In this document: positions 10,201-18,200 of the stretch, in pieces
Layout: the number at the start of each line of letters is the position of its first letter
Numbering within the stretch: the stretch's first letter is position 1
Source of the DNA: an uncultured Clostridia bacterium
Lineage (GTDB): Bacteria; Bacillota; Clostridia; Oscillospirales; Oscillospiraceae
Reading direction: 5' to 3'
DNA: 64,000 nt
Assembly (NCBI GenBank): GCA_946411835.1
Contig: CAMKFK010000001.1
Span: 11,434 to 75,433, forward strand
Translations under genes and position numbers: made by a program
The notes under the pieces: model-generated
What the model saw: the letters and a program-made list of their open reading frames with translations, nothing else
What the model was told of the DNA's origin: nothing
Database searches by the model: none

Positions 10201-11457
10201 CTCGCGGATCAGCTCTTGCTTCTCCGCGTCGTAGTGGTAGTACGGGGTATCCGACCGACCGAACAGGTCGAAACCGGCTAACTGTAAATGAGATCGTTCA
10301 GGGTCGATTCCTCCGCCCGGTTCCGGATGCTGTTCATCGACTGCACCCACAACATCTGGTTCGACGCTTTCAGGCTCTCCGTCACGCCCTCCTGCTTCGC
10401 CATCTGCTCCGTCAGGCGCTCTACCATCTTGCTGGCCTGCCGGTCGATCTCCTCCAAATGGCTGTTCAGTTTCCCGCTCAGGAGCATCCCGGTGTAAATC
10501 GGTTTCCGATGGTCCCGAAGGAAATCGCGCCGCAGCATCCCATACTTGCCGACCTTCGGATTCGCCGGGGGTACTACGTTGGGCAGAAGATAATCCCCCT
10601 CCTGCCGGTACGTCAGCTTCTCTTCCATGTTCGCCGCTCCTTTCATCGTTTGTACGGACATTATCGCGCGTCCGTTCCGCGTTTGCAAATGTGCGATTTT
10701 GGTTTTTCTCCTCTTTTTGCAGCGCCCGAACGGAGACCTCGATTTCACGGAGGACCATCTCGGAAATGTCGCTGCTGGCGTCGCCCAGAACGGAAATCGC
10801 CTCCACGGTGTTAAAGTCATACACGCGGGAGAAATCCTCGACGGTGAAAAAATGCCGCGCGTCATATCCGCAGCGTGTCAGCACCATAAAGGCGACGCTG
10901 TTTTTGACTGCTCTTTTCAGCCAGACCTCGGTGTTGAAATCGTCCAGCTCTTCCAGCAGGCTCCCATCTTTGACATTACGCAAAACATCCGCGTAATCTG
11001 TAAGGTTGTCCTCTACAATGGCGTCGATGATGCTGATAACATCATTGGCAAAGCCTGTGTGCTCGTCCAGAGCGCCGAAACGGTTTTCCAGCGCCACCAT
11101 GACCCGATCCTCAAAACGCGGCTGAAGCTGCCAGAGGTTGACCGTGAATCCCTCGCGGCTGTTGGTATCGGAGATGTCAAACACATAGCGGACCTTGTAG
11201 CGGTTTTGACTGTCCACCAAGAGCGCGATTCCGTGCGTTCCCTTGTTTACCCATCGACCGAGCTTGTTCCAGGTGCCGATTTCGGCGCAGGCCGTGGCTT
11301 CCGGTTTCTGATTGTGGATCAGGAGCTGCTCACGGAAGTTATACTTGTAGTTGTTCGCTGCGGTTTGGAGAAACGCCATATAGCGGTCCGCGCCGGAAGA
11401 GATCTGAACCGCCTCCCGCGCAGCCATTTCAGAAATGATTTGGTATTTGCTCGGCAT
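1264..11457 (-). CDS. giant polyvalent protein: ArdC-like N-terminus, MutS-I-like domain, LPD11-like domain, N6-adenine methyltransferase, SNF2/SF2 helicase (DarB-like)
   Basis: YKYNFREQLLIHNQKPEATACA (ArdC-N-like); VFYQVGDFYEVLG...VPMCGVP (MutS-I); YRLLHRLDADCRYFLGNG...HLWAG (LPD11-like); LEPSCGIGNF and GNIPF (MTase); HVVGAGKT, DEAH, QREGRIVRQGN (helicase). Confidence 0.9.
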   Translation of the reverse strand: MPSKYQIISEMAAREAVQISSGADRYMAFLQTAANNYKYNFREQLLIHNQKPEATACAEIGTWNKLGRWVNKGTHGIALLVDSQNRYKVRYVFDISDTNSREGFTVNLWQLQPRFEDRVMVALENRFGALDEHTGFANDVISIIDAIVEDNLTDYADVLRNVKDGSLLEELDDFNTEVWLKRAVKNSVAFMVLTRCGYDARHFFTVEDFSRVYDFNTVEAISVLGDASSDISEMVLREIEVSVRALQKEEKNQNRTFANAERTRDNVRTNDERSGEHGREADVPAGGGLSSAQRSTPGESEGRQVWDAAARFPSGPSETDLHRDAPERETEQPFGGDRPAGQQDGRAPDGADGEAGGRDGEPESVEPDVVGAVDEQHPEPGGGIDPERSHLQLAGFDLFGRSDTPYYHYDAEKQELIRESEALKEHRVTIAAYFADHEDRRERGNFIASYFNNTLVESILSNGQRAGYRAFREGLHLYRGGYMNPLMEANLRWTGVAATIEGMILMEQWLDPDERPLPSVAEQMSLIQEELAEKETAFAMPQAAIDYVLAGGSGVNEGKYRILEQFEKGESAEENVKFLKSEYGVGGRSDAIPGTGIWEDHDSKGILLRRTLQGDDKKDALLLKWPAVEKRIRQLIAADRYLNSAEKAEYPAFLHRREVRVERRHIADEFRALINEYEDFVKGSGLESKLPDSSYVISCATPFSLGEKKNYIRAINGDFILPLMREAMQTIIRENTPLTERCEAMLSELSGPLAMGLEPTEEELNPPPPPKMELVISLGDTVYIGTQEYDVLSLGDEVVEVSDPKFPLFNKEFSREDFERMVRENPLNAKYLREVKEEPEQAQEQEQAQEPEVPQQEEVAEPATEKPAEKKYDLGYGAMGNGLTVWNRLETVNGDYRTVAVINDDRSINFYDPDMPDNVRAQILRVAETAELTASATQNTPVFTTPPQAQQPEPGGNEFWQEYHRYRSEYNGAIVFYQVGDFYEVLGADARIVSKALDIRMTTRNVGLKERVPMCGVPAISIDTPINLLLDRGYDLVLVNGKHETYALSADHARTPVETHPVGRIDYLETNGEVWYSIEYTDAERFVRDMLDDNHYGVPMSIVVYRDKDGNTIPTDFVDRFDPPPQGFEIVDYEKVRPETSLDRAKKLIDEYCEREFGHGGDYENLAHVDIGYTEVEDEEIPVQIVADLINCRIDRYLDKRLVDRREYDSIEDLISNELDGLDFAELITFTDAQLDEAKRTFTEPTGDRFHVVEVVRSNEPAFYSVWDDQADGYYVDDGVVEEFSSEYQADEYCRQLNEGKLVRYQVGDIIQIGEDDQTPEYRVLKTKRTAYNELNTPVTMYGFDAYWDKELQHFKFSNTDVLRHSEPIKAIGRTLAARAVDFLNAYTPEENAGRGEEEALFRMEEQLKDPLLVSELVSQIELIIPEESMTPEQKENAERLIADLTAILPEALRRSVGNKDHFIHHFYVVPDIQAAGPLDVRTYTTYEEAYEAYAALPNESLKALGVQNTNPLPGSLDLIQCRNGVDTLVEDYAKVEGWDNAEIRALVTQIQNTISAPAQGPVDRADEMLRQAMLAAELSERTGQMVFGFEEGNPLPVNVPQPTKEIGASDDVLLPEEIPAGQEAEYRLLHRLDADCRYFLGNGQRAEKHLWAGNVPAQIAKMRELYDQLREKPIWLDRETIDRYEQEMTNEPAFPGPATEDEQRAFDAMVKAGFRYDSTATNTGFKENIVFLTSSDYPLTFESWGQVYEWIDGAELKDTPGLREEVQKILHPEPAEKGIAPPPPTSRPRRSMAPTMLYPNIPNAKRHDYRITNDQIGVGTPGVRYANNVAAIRLLKQLEAEQRLGTPEEQEVLAQYVGWGGLADCFDERNSHYLELKELLDESEYAAARESTLTAFYTPPVVIRAMYQALENMGFKSGNLLEPSCGIGNFIGMKPESLADSRIYGVELDSISGHIAQQLYQKSSIAVQGFEKTELPDSFFDVAIGNIPFGNFKLIDKRYDKHNFLIHDYFFAKTLDSVRPGGIIAFVTSKGTMDKESPVVRKYLAQRADLLGAIRLPNNTFKDAAGTDVTSDILFFQKRDTLTAEEPSWVHLNTDENGLTMNQYFVDHPDMVMGEMREISGPFGPETACVAYDGQDLDEMLSEAIQNITGSITEYDFDELTEEEEDKSIPADPDVRNFSYTLVEGEVYYRENSRMYPVELSMTAKNRVKGLIAIRDSVRQLIEYQTEDYPDEMIEAEQRKLNRLYDEFSAKYGIINSRANKSAFNTDNSFFLLSSLEVLDDEGHFIRKADMFSKRTIKQRTEITHVDTAAEALAVSLAEKAKVDMDYMMELTGKTEKEIFEDLKGVIFLNPMHDYGSDTRPKYLAADEYLSGNVREKLDWARRSAELYPDEYTVNVEALERVQPVDLTASEISVRLGSTWVPPEVFEEFMFGLLDTPWYAQRNIKIHFAKITGEWNIEGKSYDRSSVKAFTTYGTDRINAYKIIEQTLNLKDVRIFDYIEDEKGNKKPVLNKKETAIAQAKQEQIKQAFQDWIWKDQDRRERLCKLYNEKFNSIRPREYDGSHLGLVGINPEIKLRQHQLNAVARGLYGGNELLGHVVGAGKTFTMVAIAQESKRLGLCHKSLFVVPNHLTEQWAAEYLQLYPSANILVATAKDFEAKNRKRFCGRIATGEFDAIIIGHSQLEKIPLSFGRQCFYLEQQRDEIMEGIMEMKENNGDRFSIKQLERSKKQIEQKLDRLNDQSRKDDLVTFEELGVDKLFIDEAHYYKNLAAFTKMRNVGGISQTEAQKSSDLYMKIRYLDELTGGRGVCFATGTPISNTMVEMFTMQKYLQYSTLKKNDLIHFDSWASTFGETVTAIELAPEGTGYRAKTRFSRFFNLPELLVMFKEVADIQTADMLNLPVPKANYHSVVLKPSEYQKEMVDGLAERAEKVRNGMVNSSEDNMLVITNDGRKLALDQRLINPMLPDSDTGKVAACVQNVFDIWQRTSEQRSTQMVFCDLSTPHNDGNFNVYDAIRDKLIERGIPAEEIAYIHSAGTEAKKKELFGKVRNGQIRVLIGSTQKMGAGTNVQKKLIALHHLDCPWRPADLQQREGRIVRQGNENPEVEIFTYVTEGTFDAYLYQLVESKQKFIGQIMTSKSPVRSAEDIDETALSYAEIKALCSGNPKIKLKMDLDVAVSKLKLLKANHLSQIYSLESDITHRYPKQIKEAEEMIEGYKQGIERRDQNTHPNEDGFSPMMVEGKTFTEKKAAGSAILEACKAMTSPDAVPLGQYRGFDLGLYFEKLSKEYRMTISGSVRLTISLGMDIFGNIQRIDNALDSMETRMLDKENERDRAMKQLETAKVEAQRPFPQEDELKEKQAQLDELNIELNMDKPDNAVIDDERSEDETPERDTKERDR
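10278..10628 (-). CDS. tnpV: TnpV-family protein nested in the +1 frame of the giant gene
   Basis: MEEKLTYRQEGDYLLPN...GKYGMLRRDFL...LLSGKLNSHLEEIDRQA...GVTESLKASNQMLWVQSMNSIRNRAEE...LIYS. AAAGGAG RBS precedes the ATG; a paralog is nested at the same position in the right copy. Confidence 0.85.
   Translation of the reverse strand: MEEKLTYRQEGDYLLPNVVPPANPKVGKYGMLRRDFLRDHRKPIYTGMLLSGKLNSHLEEIDRQASKMVERLTEQMAKQEGVTESLKASNQMLWVQSMNSIRNRAEESTLNDLIYS
10660..10688 (-). promoter_or_regulatory. internal sigma-A-type promoter for nested tnpV
   Basis: TTGCAA-N17-GATAAT on the minus strand, about 30 nt before the tnpV ATG; equivalent element at 37263-37291. Confidence 0.6.
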
Positions 11458-11470
11458 GGGTAAGACCTCC

Positions 11471-11800
11471 TTAATTCAGATTGATATTGATGTTGACCGT
11501 GACCTGCTCCGGCGTCATAACGGACGCATAGAGAAGCCCAGTCCGCGCATTGGAAATCCGCGTGACCAAAGCGTTCAGCCGGCACACGGTCGCGTTGATC
11601 TCCTGCTGGTTCCCGGCATAGTAATAGCCGTTTTCGTCGCTGCAAATCGGGTGTCCGTCCTGCCGCAAACGGTTGATCTTGCGGCGCAGCGTCCGGCCTT
11701 CCAGAGAAAAGAGCCGTTCCAGCTCTCGGCTCGGAACGGCTCTCTCTTTCCCGGTGTGATGCTTTTTCAGAAAGTCGCAAATCGCGGTCTGCTTATCCAT
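11471..11800 (-). CDS. winged-helix HTH DNA-binding protein
   Basis: VPSRELERLFSLEGRTLRRKINRLRQDGHPICSDENGYYY; AGGAGG RBS. Confidence 0.75.
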   Translation of the reverse strand: MDKQTAICDFLKKHHTGKERAVPSRELERLFSLEGRTLRRKINRLRQDGHPICSDENGYYYAGNQQEINATVCRLNALVTRISNARTGLLYASVMTPEQVTVNININLN

Positions 11801-11811
11801 AGGTTCCTCCT

Positions 11812-12393
11812 TTACCTCCCGCGTTCTTTTGCTTTTGCGGTTTCTCGCTCAGGAGCGTTTTCGGAAATCTCGAAGGACGAAAAGCGCCCGCAGTTCGGGC
11901 AGCAGATTGTCCCGCCACGGTTGGGCGCTTCTTCCACCTGCTCCTTTGTCGTTACACCGTCGCCCTCACAGCACGAGGTTTTTACTTTGACGAGGTGTAC
12001 TTCTCTAAGCACCTCTGGGCGATACCGCTGATTGAACGGGACAAACTGTACCCAGAGCGGGTTGTCGAACATCCGGCTCATGTGCAGGTCCAGGCTCTCC
12101 ACTCTCTGCTCTGACGGAGTATGGAGCCACGGGAATGTCTCTTGCACCCATTCAAACAACTGCTTTTGCAAGGCTTCTTCATGGTGGGCGCTGATGACCT
12201 TTTCTGCCATATCCTGCCATTGGCGCAGTTCGATTTCACCCAGCGCGGTCTTCGCGTATTCTTTTGTGGTGTACTCCCGATACCTCCCAACCTTGCGGGA
12301 TTCTGACTTGTCTGAAAAGTAGTGAATCCGAAGGTCCTCAAAGCTGGGGAGCTGCTCTTCGTCTGAGCGAAAGGGTTGACTATCCGCGTTCAT
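11812..12393 (-). CDS. hypothetical protein with C-terminal Zn-ribbon-like Cys cluster
   Basis: TSCC...ICCPNCGR; AAAGGAG RBS before ATG at 12393. Confidence 0.65.
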   Translation of the reverse strand: MNADSQPFRSDEEQLPSFEDLRIHYFSDKSESRKVGRYREYTTKEYAKTALGEIELRQWQDMAEKVISAHHEEALQKQLFEWVQETFPWLHTPSEQRVESLDLHMSRMFDNPLWVQFVPFNQRYRPEVLREVHLVKVKTSCCEGDGVTTKEQVEEAPNRGGTICCPNCGRFSSFEISENAPERETAKAKERGR

Positions 12394-12412
12394 ACTTCCA
12401 GCTCCTTTGCCC

Positions 12413-12961
12413 TTATCGCACCTGTTCCTGCGCTTTTGCCCCGTGCTGCGGGAAGGTCCATCCATAAACTTTCCCAATCTCATCGCCCAGCCTCCGGGTG
12501 ACGCGGGTAATGTCCGCACGGGTCGCCACACCTCGAAAGAGTTTATCTTCCAGATTCTCCCTCTGGGTATCGCTCACGCCCTCTTTGAACACGCGATAGA
12601 GATAATGATTTGTACCATCGTGGTGAACATCGTCGCAGCGAAGGTCGCCCAGCTTATCCACATACCAGGTGGTGTAGTCGTAGTGGGAGTAGAGGCAATC
12701 GCGGATATTTCCGCTCTGAATCTCCTTGTAACCGCAACGACGCCCAAACCAAAGGCCCAGGTCCGCAATGGCAATGATGGGCTGTGAAAGCTGAATATCA
12801 AGATTGACGCGCTCATCGTCCAGATAATCATTGTTGATTTCCAGCATTTTGAGATAGCGTTCATCTTCACTGAGGTCGGGGAACTCCTCTTCAAGATATT
12901 CCCGCCAGTCCTCATAGTCGATATGGTAGTTGCTCCATATCAGGTGATCGGTGTCCGTCAT
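12413..12961 (-). CDS. conserved ICE hypothetical protein (paralog of 62486-63028)
   Basis: High similarity to the right copy (DHLIWSNYHIDY...YLDDERVNLDIQLSQPI...HHDGTNHYLYRVFK). Confidence 0.85.
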   Translation of the reverse strand: MTDTDHLIWSNYHIDYEDWREYLEEEFPDLSEDERYLKMLEINNDYLDDERVNLDIQLSQPIIAIADLGLWFGRRCGYKEIQSGNIRDCLYSHYDYTTWYVDKLGDLRCDDVHHDGTNHYLYRVFKEGVSDTQRENLEDKLFRGVATRADITRVTRRLGDEIGKVYGWTFPQHGAKAQEQVR

Positions 12962-12967
12962 GGGGCC

Positions 12968-13141
12968 TCACCTCCGTCCTTTGTCTCCATGAACAAGGCG
13001 CGTCCGCAAATGGTCGGTGCTCCAAAGGACGCTGCCAAAAGAGGCTTCTTTCCGGGCTTTCTCCGCCGCCTCCTTTTTCGTGGCGGCATCGACCTCTACA
13101 TAGGTCCGCGCCATTTTCTTCACCTCAACGGTATATTTCAT
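12968..13141 (-). CDS. DpnD/PcfM-like small protein (57 aa, MKYTVEVKKMARTYVEVDAATKKEAAEKARKE...)
   Basis: Read manually. ATGA overlap with the upstream stop; fills the intergenic gap; Y-x-V-E...V-E-V-x-A...EA.EKA pattern. Confidence 0.6.
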   Translation of the reverse strand: MKYTVEVKKMARTYVEVDAATKKEAAEKARKEASFGSVLWSTDHLRTRLVHGDKGRR

Positions 13142-14352
13142 CGTGCGTCACCCCGATCTCTGGCCCTCTTTTGCAGTATGCCTTCCTCATTGTAGTTGGC
13201 GGGGTCCGCCGCCTTGGTATCCCAGCCGAACAGGGAGCCGGCGCTCATCGCTGCGGCCTGAGCCTTGGACACACCCATCGCCTCATTGAGATGCTCCACG
13301 CCCTCCTGCTTGGATATGCCTTTCTCCGGTTTCGATCCCGAAGGGCTGTACCCAGCTTCACCGCGCTTGACGATGCCGATTTCATCCGTGCTCTCTACAT
13401 AGACAAAGCACTTCTCAGGCAGAGAGGACCGAAGCGGGATAACCGTGTTTCCGTTCCTCTCCATAGCCTCGGCAAACTCGCAGATGTGATAGAGATTGCT
13501 GCCGTAACCGCCGCCGACCTCGATGTGATAATCGTCGATGAAGCGCACCGTCCTGTCCAGTTTCTCACCATCATACCGGGTGATGCGGATTTGGTCGCCA
13601 TCCGGAATGCGGAACTTTTCTTCATAACGCGGCGTGATGAAGCGGATGCCGCGCCGCGCCTCCTGGAGATGGTGGTCCAGCCAGTCGCGGGTGTAGCAGT
13701 AGCAGTAGAGATTGTAGAGGCCCTTGTTGGGATTGAGCCGCATGAGATAGGCATACTGCCCTGTGTCCACCCGGATGCCCCAATCCTGGTCGTTCCCAAG
13801 GCTGAGTTCCGGGTGTGCATAGCAAAACTTGGAAAGGCTCTTGGCGTCCTTGAAAATGGTGCCGCACATGGCGCTGTTTCCTCGACGCTCCGCAGCGGGG
13901 AGGTCAGCGATCTCCGCGTGGTAGAGCTTCTTGATGCCACTGCCCACCTCGGTGGCGATAAGGGAGGTGAACTCTTCCTCTGCGTCAGGATGGTTTTTCA
14001 TATAGTCGGGATTGCTGATGCTCGTGCCGAGGCTTCTATCTTCGAGGGTGACGACCTTCGCTTTTGTGCCGTCATCATAGAGAATATGGTCATTCTCCAT
14101 GATGATATTGTCGTGCTTGTCAAGATAGATCGACCCGAAACGAAGCAGGTTGATGACAATACCGAGTTCATCCTTGAACACCTGTGACTTTTGGTTGCCG
14201 TGGTGGTCCTCCCAGGAAGAAGGGAAAGCGCCGTATTCTTCCACCTGGGCGCGAAGATGGCCGATGCAGCCGGTTTGCATATTGATTTGCTGGCTCTGGG
14301 TATAGGTGTATTTCCGTTCTTCGGGGTTTAAGCCCCTGATTTCAAAGCTCAT
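13138..14352 (-). CDS. multidomain ICE hypothetical protein; C-terminal half joins domains that are split between 35837 and 34410 in the right copy
   Basis: FIDDYHIEVG...YHICEFAE matches 35837; LPEKCF...VKRGEAGY...AQAAAMSAGSLFGW matches 34410. Confidence 0.8.
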   Translation of the reverse strand: MSFEIRGLNPEERKYTYTQSQQINMQTGCIGHLRAQVEEYGAFPSSWEDHHGNQKSQVFKDELGIVINLLRFGSIYLDKHDNIIMENDHILYDDGTKAKVVTLEDRSLGTSISNPDYMKNHPDAEEEFTSLIATEVGSGIKKLYHAEIADLPAAERRGNSAMCGTIFKDAKSLSKFCYAHPELSLGNDQDWGIRVDTGQYAYLMRLNPNKGLYNLYCYCYTRDWLDHHLQEARRGIRFITPRYEEKFRIPDGDQIRITRYDGEKLDRTVRFIDDYHIEVGGGYGSNLYHICEFAEAMERNGNTVIPLRSSLPEKCFVYVESTDEIGIVKRGEAGYSPSGSKPEKGISKQEGVEHLNEAMGVSKAQAAAMSAGSLFGWDTKAADPANYNEEGILQKRARDRGDAR

Positions 14353-14389
14353 TCTTGATTCCTCCTCGTCTATTCAGAAGTTATGGAGC

Positions 14390-14524
14390 TCATAATCTCC
14401 TTGCAAATTCCTCCATGATGGCGGCATCGACAACGGAGTTGGTCACGTTGATTGCTGCGACAACCGCAATAATAATGATAAGCACGATGACGCTCCCCGT
14501 CAGCAGTCCCGCTTCCTTTTTCAT
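14390..14524 (-). CDS. small single-pass membrane protein (44 aa, MKKEAGLLTGSVIVLIIIIAVVAAINV...)
   Basis: Read manually. TAATG overlap with the upstream stop; one hydrophobic segment. Confidence 0.55.
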   Translation of the reverse strand: MKKEAGLLTGSVIVLIIIIAVVAAINVTNSVVDAAIMEEFARRL

Positions 14525-15114
14525 TATCGCGCCCCCTCGTCCTTTTCTTTTTCAGCCCGTTTCAAGCCGGCCTTTGCCCAATCGGGCAGTTGCTCCCGTT
14601 CAACGATAGCCAGAACGTCGCGCCGTTCATAGCGGCTTGTTTCACCTGTAAAGAGATTGGTGCAGAACACGGCGCTGCCTCGGCTGTTCGGGGAGGCCCC
14701 AAAGCCTCCCACACAGAGCTGGTATTGGTGGGTTGCGTGCTGATACTCCCGCTTGAACACCTCCGGCTTAATCAGGATGACCTTTCCATTAAGATCGTCG
14801 TCGCTTGTAACAAGCGTGAGGCCCTCGCCGGTTACGGGAGCATCGTCAATTTCCAATTCCGGCGAGAGCGTAACGGTATCATGCAGCCTTCCCGCTTCTT
14901 CCGCGATGCGCTGTCCAAAGAGCTGTAAAATCTCCACATAGTCATCACTGACCATCATATCGGTGAAGTTTTCAAACAGGTCACAGCTCTGACAGAAGGC
15001 GCACATATACCGCTCTCCCGGCTCCGCGCCGGGATTTTCGCCCATGACGATTTCAAGGGGGCCTGCCGAAATAGCCTGGAACACCTCGTAGGGTCCGGCC
15101 ATGCGTTTATCCAT
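14524..15114 (-). CDS. conserved ICE hypothetical protein (paralog of 35235-35840)
   Basis: MAGPYEV...GGFGASPNSRGSAVF...LPDWAK shared with the right copy; AAAGGAG RBS. Confidence 0.8.
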   Translation of the reverse strand: MDKRMAGPYEVFQAISAGPLEIVMGENPGAEPGERYMCAFCQSCDLFENFTDMMVSDDYVEILQLFGQRIAEEAGRLHDTVTLSPELEIDDAPVTGEGLTLVTSDDDLNGKVILIKPEVFKREYQHATHQYQLCVGGFGASPNSRGSAVFCTNLFTGETSRYERRDVLAIVEREQLPDWAKAGLKRAEKEKDEGAR

Positions 15115-15136
15115 AGGTCTAAGCTCCTTTCGACGC

Positions 15137-15163
15137 AGAAAGGGAGCCGCTTTCGCGGCTCCC
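15137..15163 (-). terminator. intrinsic terminator after the adhesin gene
   Basis: GGGAGCCGC-GAAA-GCGGCTCCC-TTTCT on the minus strand. Confidence 0.65.
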
Positions 15164-15203
15164 TCCCGTGGTATGCTGCGTTCAAACCGCTTTGATGGTA
15201 TCA

Positions 15204-18200
15204 TCAATAGCCGGTCTTGGGCAGCGGGTCGTTCTTTACCGGGGTAAGATTCTTGACGATGGTGAGCCAGCTCGTGTTGTTGGTCTCCCAGGTGCCGCCA
15301 TACTTGCCGCCTGCGTCCGCACGATTCGTGACATAGTAGCCATTGGTCGCGGTGGGACTGACAGCGACGGTCAGGGTCGGCTGCGTCGTGGACTGGAAGC
15401 CAGCCGGAACGGTGCCAAAGTCAAAGTAGATGTCTGTCACGACCTCACCGTCCATGAGCTTCAGTGCGTTGAGCTGGAAGCCATAGTTGTTTGTGGACAG
15501 CAGGTTGCTGGCCAGCACACGGTAGTCGTTGCAGTTGGTCTTGTAGAGGATGCGGTACGTCAGCCGCGTGTTGTAGGTGCCGGTTGTCAGGCCGGAGGCA
15601 GAGGAAATGTCGTAGGGCAGCTTGTCGTGCCAGAAGAAGTTTTCGAGCGCAACATTGGACCCGTTGGCAACGGTGAAGTGATAGGTCATTCGGCTGCCGG
15701 CCAGCACTTCCTTCACGCCGGTCTTGAGGATGGTCACGCTGAGCTGGGCGGGCTTATCATAGGCGGAGAGCTTGATGATCTGTCCGGGATATTCCAGAGT
15801 CACATCAAACTTCTCCGCAGAGACCTGATAATAAGCCGGTGCGGTGACTTCGCGGAGGATATAGCGGCCCAGGGGCAGGGGCGAGGACGCGGCAACGCCG
15901 TGGGCGTCGGTAGTGATATACCCGACTACCTTGCCGCTGCGCTCACGGACAATCTCGAAAACGGCTCCCGGAAGAGCGGTCCCCGCAGCGTGTCCGGTCA
16001 CGCTGTTGTTCTCAGCCGCGTACTTGGTAATCTGAATCTGCCCGGTGATGGGCGTGTTCTCCCACTCGATCTGGATGATAGCGCCGGCCTTTACGTTGAT
16101 GGTCTTGACCTGTTCATCCACATTGTAACCGTCGCACTCCAATTCACGGATGAAATACTTGCCATCGCGCGTCAGGTCATCAATATAGATATAGCCGTTC
16201 TGGTCGGTCACATACTCGCCCACGGGACGCTTTTCGGCGTCGTAAAGCAGGAACTTCGCCCCATAGATACCCTCGCGGGTCACGGCGTCGATTTTGTGGA
16301 TTTCGATGCCGCTGAACGGGGTGTTGGCAACCGTCAGCGTGGTGGTCTCGCCGTCCTTGACCTCGAAGTAGTGCGGGGTGTTGTCGAGCTTGAAGCCCTT
16401 TGCCGCCTCGATCTCTACGGCGTAGTAGTTGCCTGCGTCCAGATTCACATGGACGCGCCCGTAGTCGCCGGTGGTCACGGTCTCCACAAGTCCGCCATCC
16501 ATGCGCCGGATTTCAAACGTCACATTGCCGATGCGCTTGGTCTTGTCATAGGCGTTGACTTTAATCAGCTCCAAACCGCCCTCCGGACTGTTATAGAACG
16601 TGAGGGTCTGAGCTTCGCCCTGCTTGATGATGATGCTCTGTGGTGTGGTATCAAGGACGTAGCCCTTGACGGTCTTGGTTTCCTTCGCGGTGATGGTCGT
16701 ACCCGGCGTCAGTCCGCTCAGAACGATTCTGCCGTTGCGGTCAGTCGTGTATTCGCCGTTATTGGGACCGATAACCTGACCGCTGCTGTCGGTGATAAGG
16801 AAGGTCACGCCCTGAATCGGCCTGGTGGTGTCAGTCACGAACTTCTGGACGGTCAGCGTCTGCTTTGCATCATTATAGATGTTGATGGTCTGCGTGTCGT
16901 TGGCCTCGATCTTCACCGTGACGGGCTGCTCGGAGAGGGTATAGCCATCCGGCGCTTTGATTTCGCGGATGACCAGCGTACCGGGCTGCAACCCGGTGAT
17001 GATGATCTGTCCCTTATCGTCCGTGGTGAACTCGCCATTGGAGGTCAGCTTGCCGCCATTGTTGCCGATAAACGCGCCGCTGGCATCCGTGATCTGGAAC
17101 TTCGCTCCCGCGAGGGCCTTTTCGGTCGCACGGTCGCGCTTGACGATTATCAGCGTTCCGGTGGGGCTGTTGTAAAAGGTCAGCGTTTGCACATCGCCGC
17201 TCTTGATGGTGATGGATTTCGGGTCGCTGTTGGTAACATACCCGTCAGCGGCCTTGACCTCCCTCGCCGTGATAACCGTACCCGGCTCCAAGTTCTTCAG
17301 TACGATCTGGCCGTTTTCGTCGGTAACATGATCTCCGTCTGTGTTCCCGACTGCCGCGCCGGTGTTGTCAGTGACGTGGAAGCGGACGCCCTTGATCGGG
17401 GTGGTCGTACCCTCCACATACTTCTGGATCACAAGAACAGACAGCGGCTCATCGTAGAAGGTCATGCTGTTCCCGGTCGCCGTTGTGCCTCCGGTTGCCG
17501 TCGCGGGCGCTGCGGTTACGGTCTGCCCGCCTGCGGCGGTGCCTACCACGATGGTCTGCGGGTTGCTGTTCAGAACATAACCCTTTACGGTCTTGACCTC
17601 GCGGGCAATGATCGTCATGCCGGGGGTGAGGCCGTTGATGGTGATGCGTCCGTTGGCGTCGGTGACGTGTTCACCGTTTGCGCTGCCCACGGGAGCCCCA
17701 TTCGCGTCAGTTACAAGGAAAGTGACGCCAGCCAGGGGCTTGCCGCTGCCTTCCACGAGCTTCTGAATGGTGACGCTCTGCAAGGGAGTATTCTTGAATA
17801 CAAGGGTCTGGGTGTCGTTGGCATTGACCCGGACGCTCTGCTCCTCGCTGTCCAGCACATAGCCGGTGGGGGCTTTCGTTTCCCGCACAACATAGGAGTT
17901 GGGCTGAAGGTCCGTGAGGATGATCTGGCCGTTGGAATCCGTGCGGTAGATGCCCTTGGTGGAGGTCCGGCCTTCATTGTCATCGACATAGTTCCCGTCG
18001 ATGGTCGTGATGCGGAACTCAGCGCCTGCCAGCGGCTTGTCGGTTACACTGTCGCGCTTTTCCACGATCAGACCGCCCTTGCGCTGATTGTAAAAGGTCA
18101 ATGTCTGGCTCTCACCGGCTTTGATGAGGATGCTCTGGGGTGCGCTGTTGAGGACGTAACCGGAAACGGTCTTGACCTCCTTCGCGGTGACAGTCGTGCC

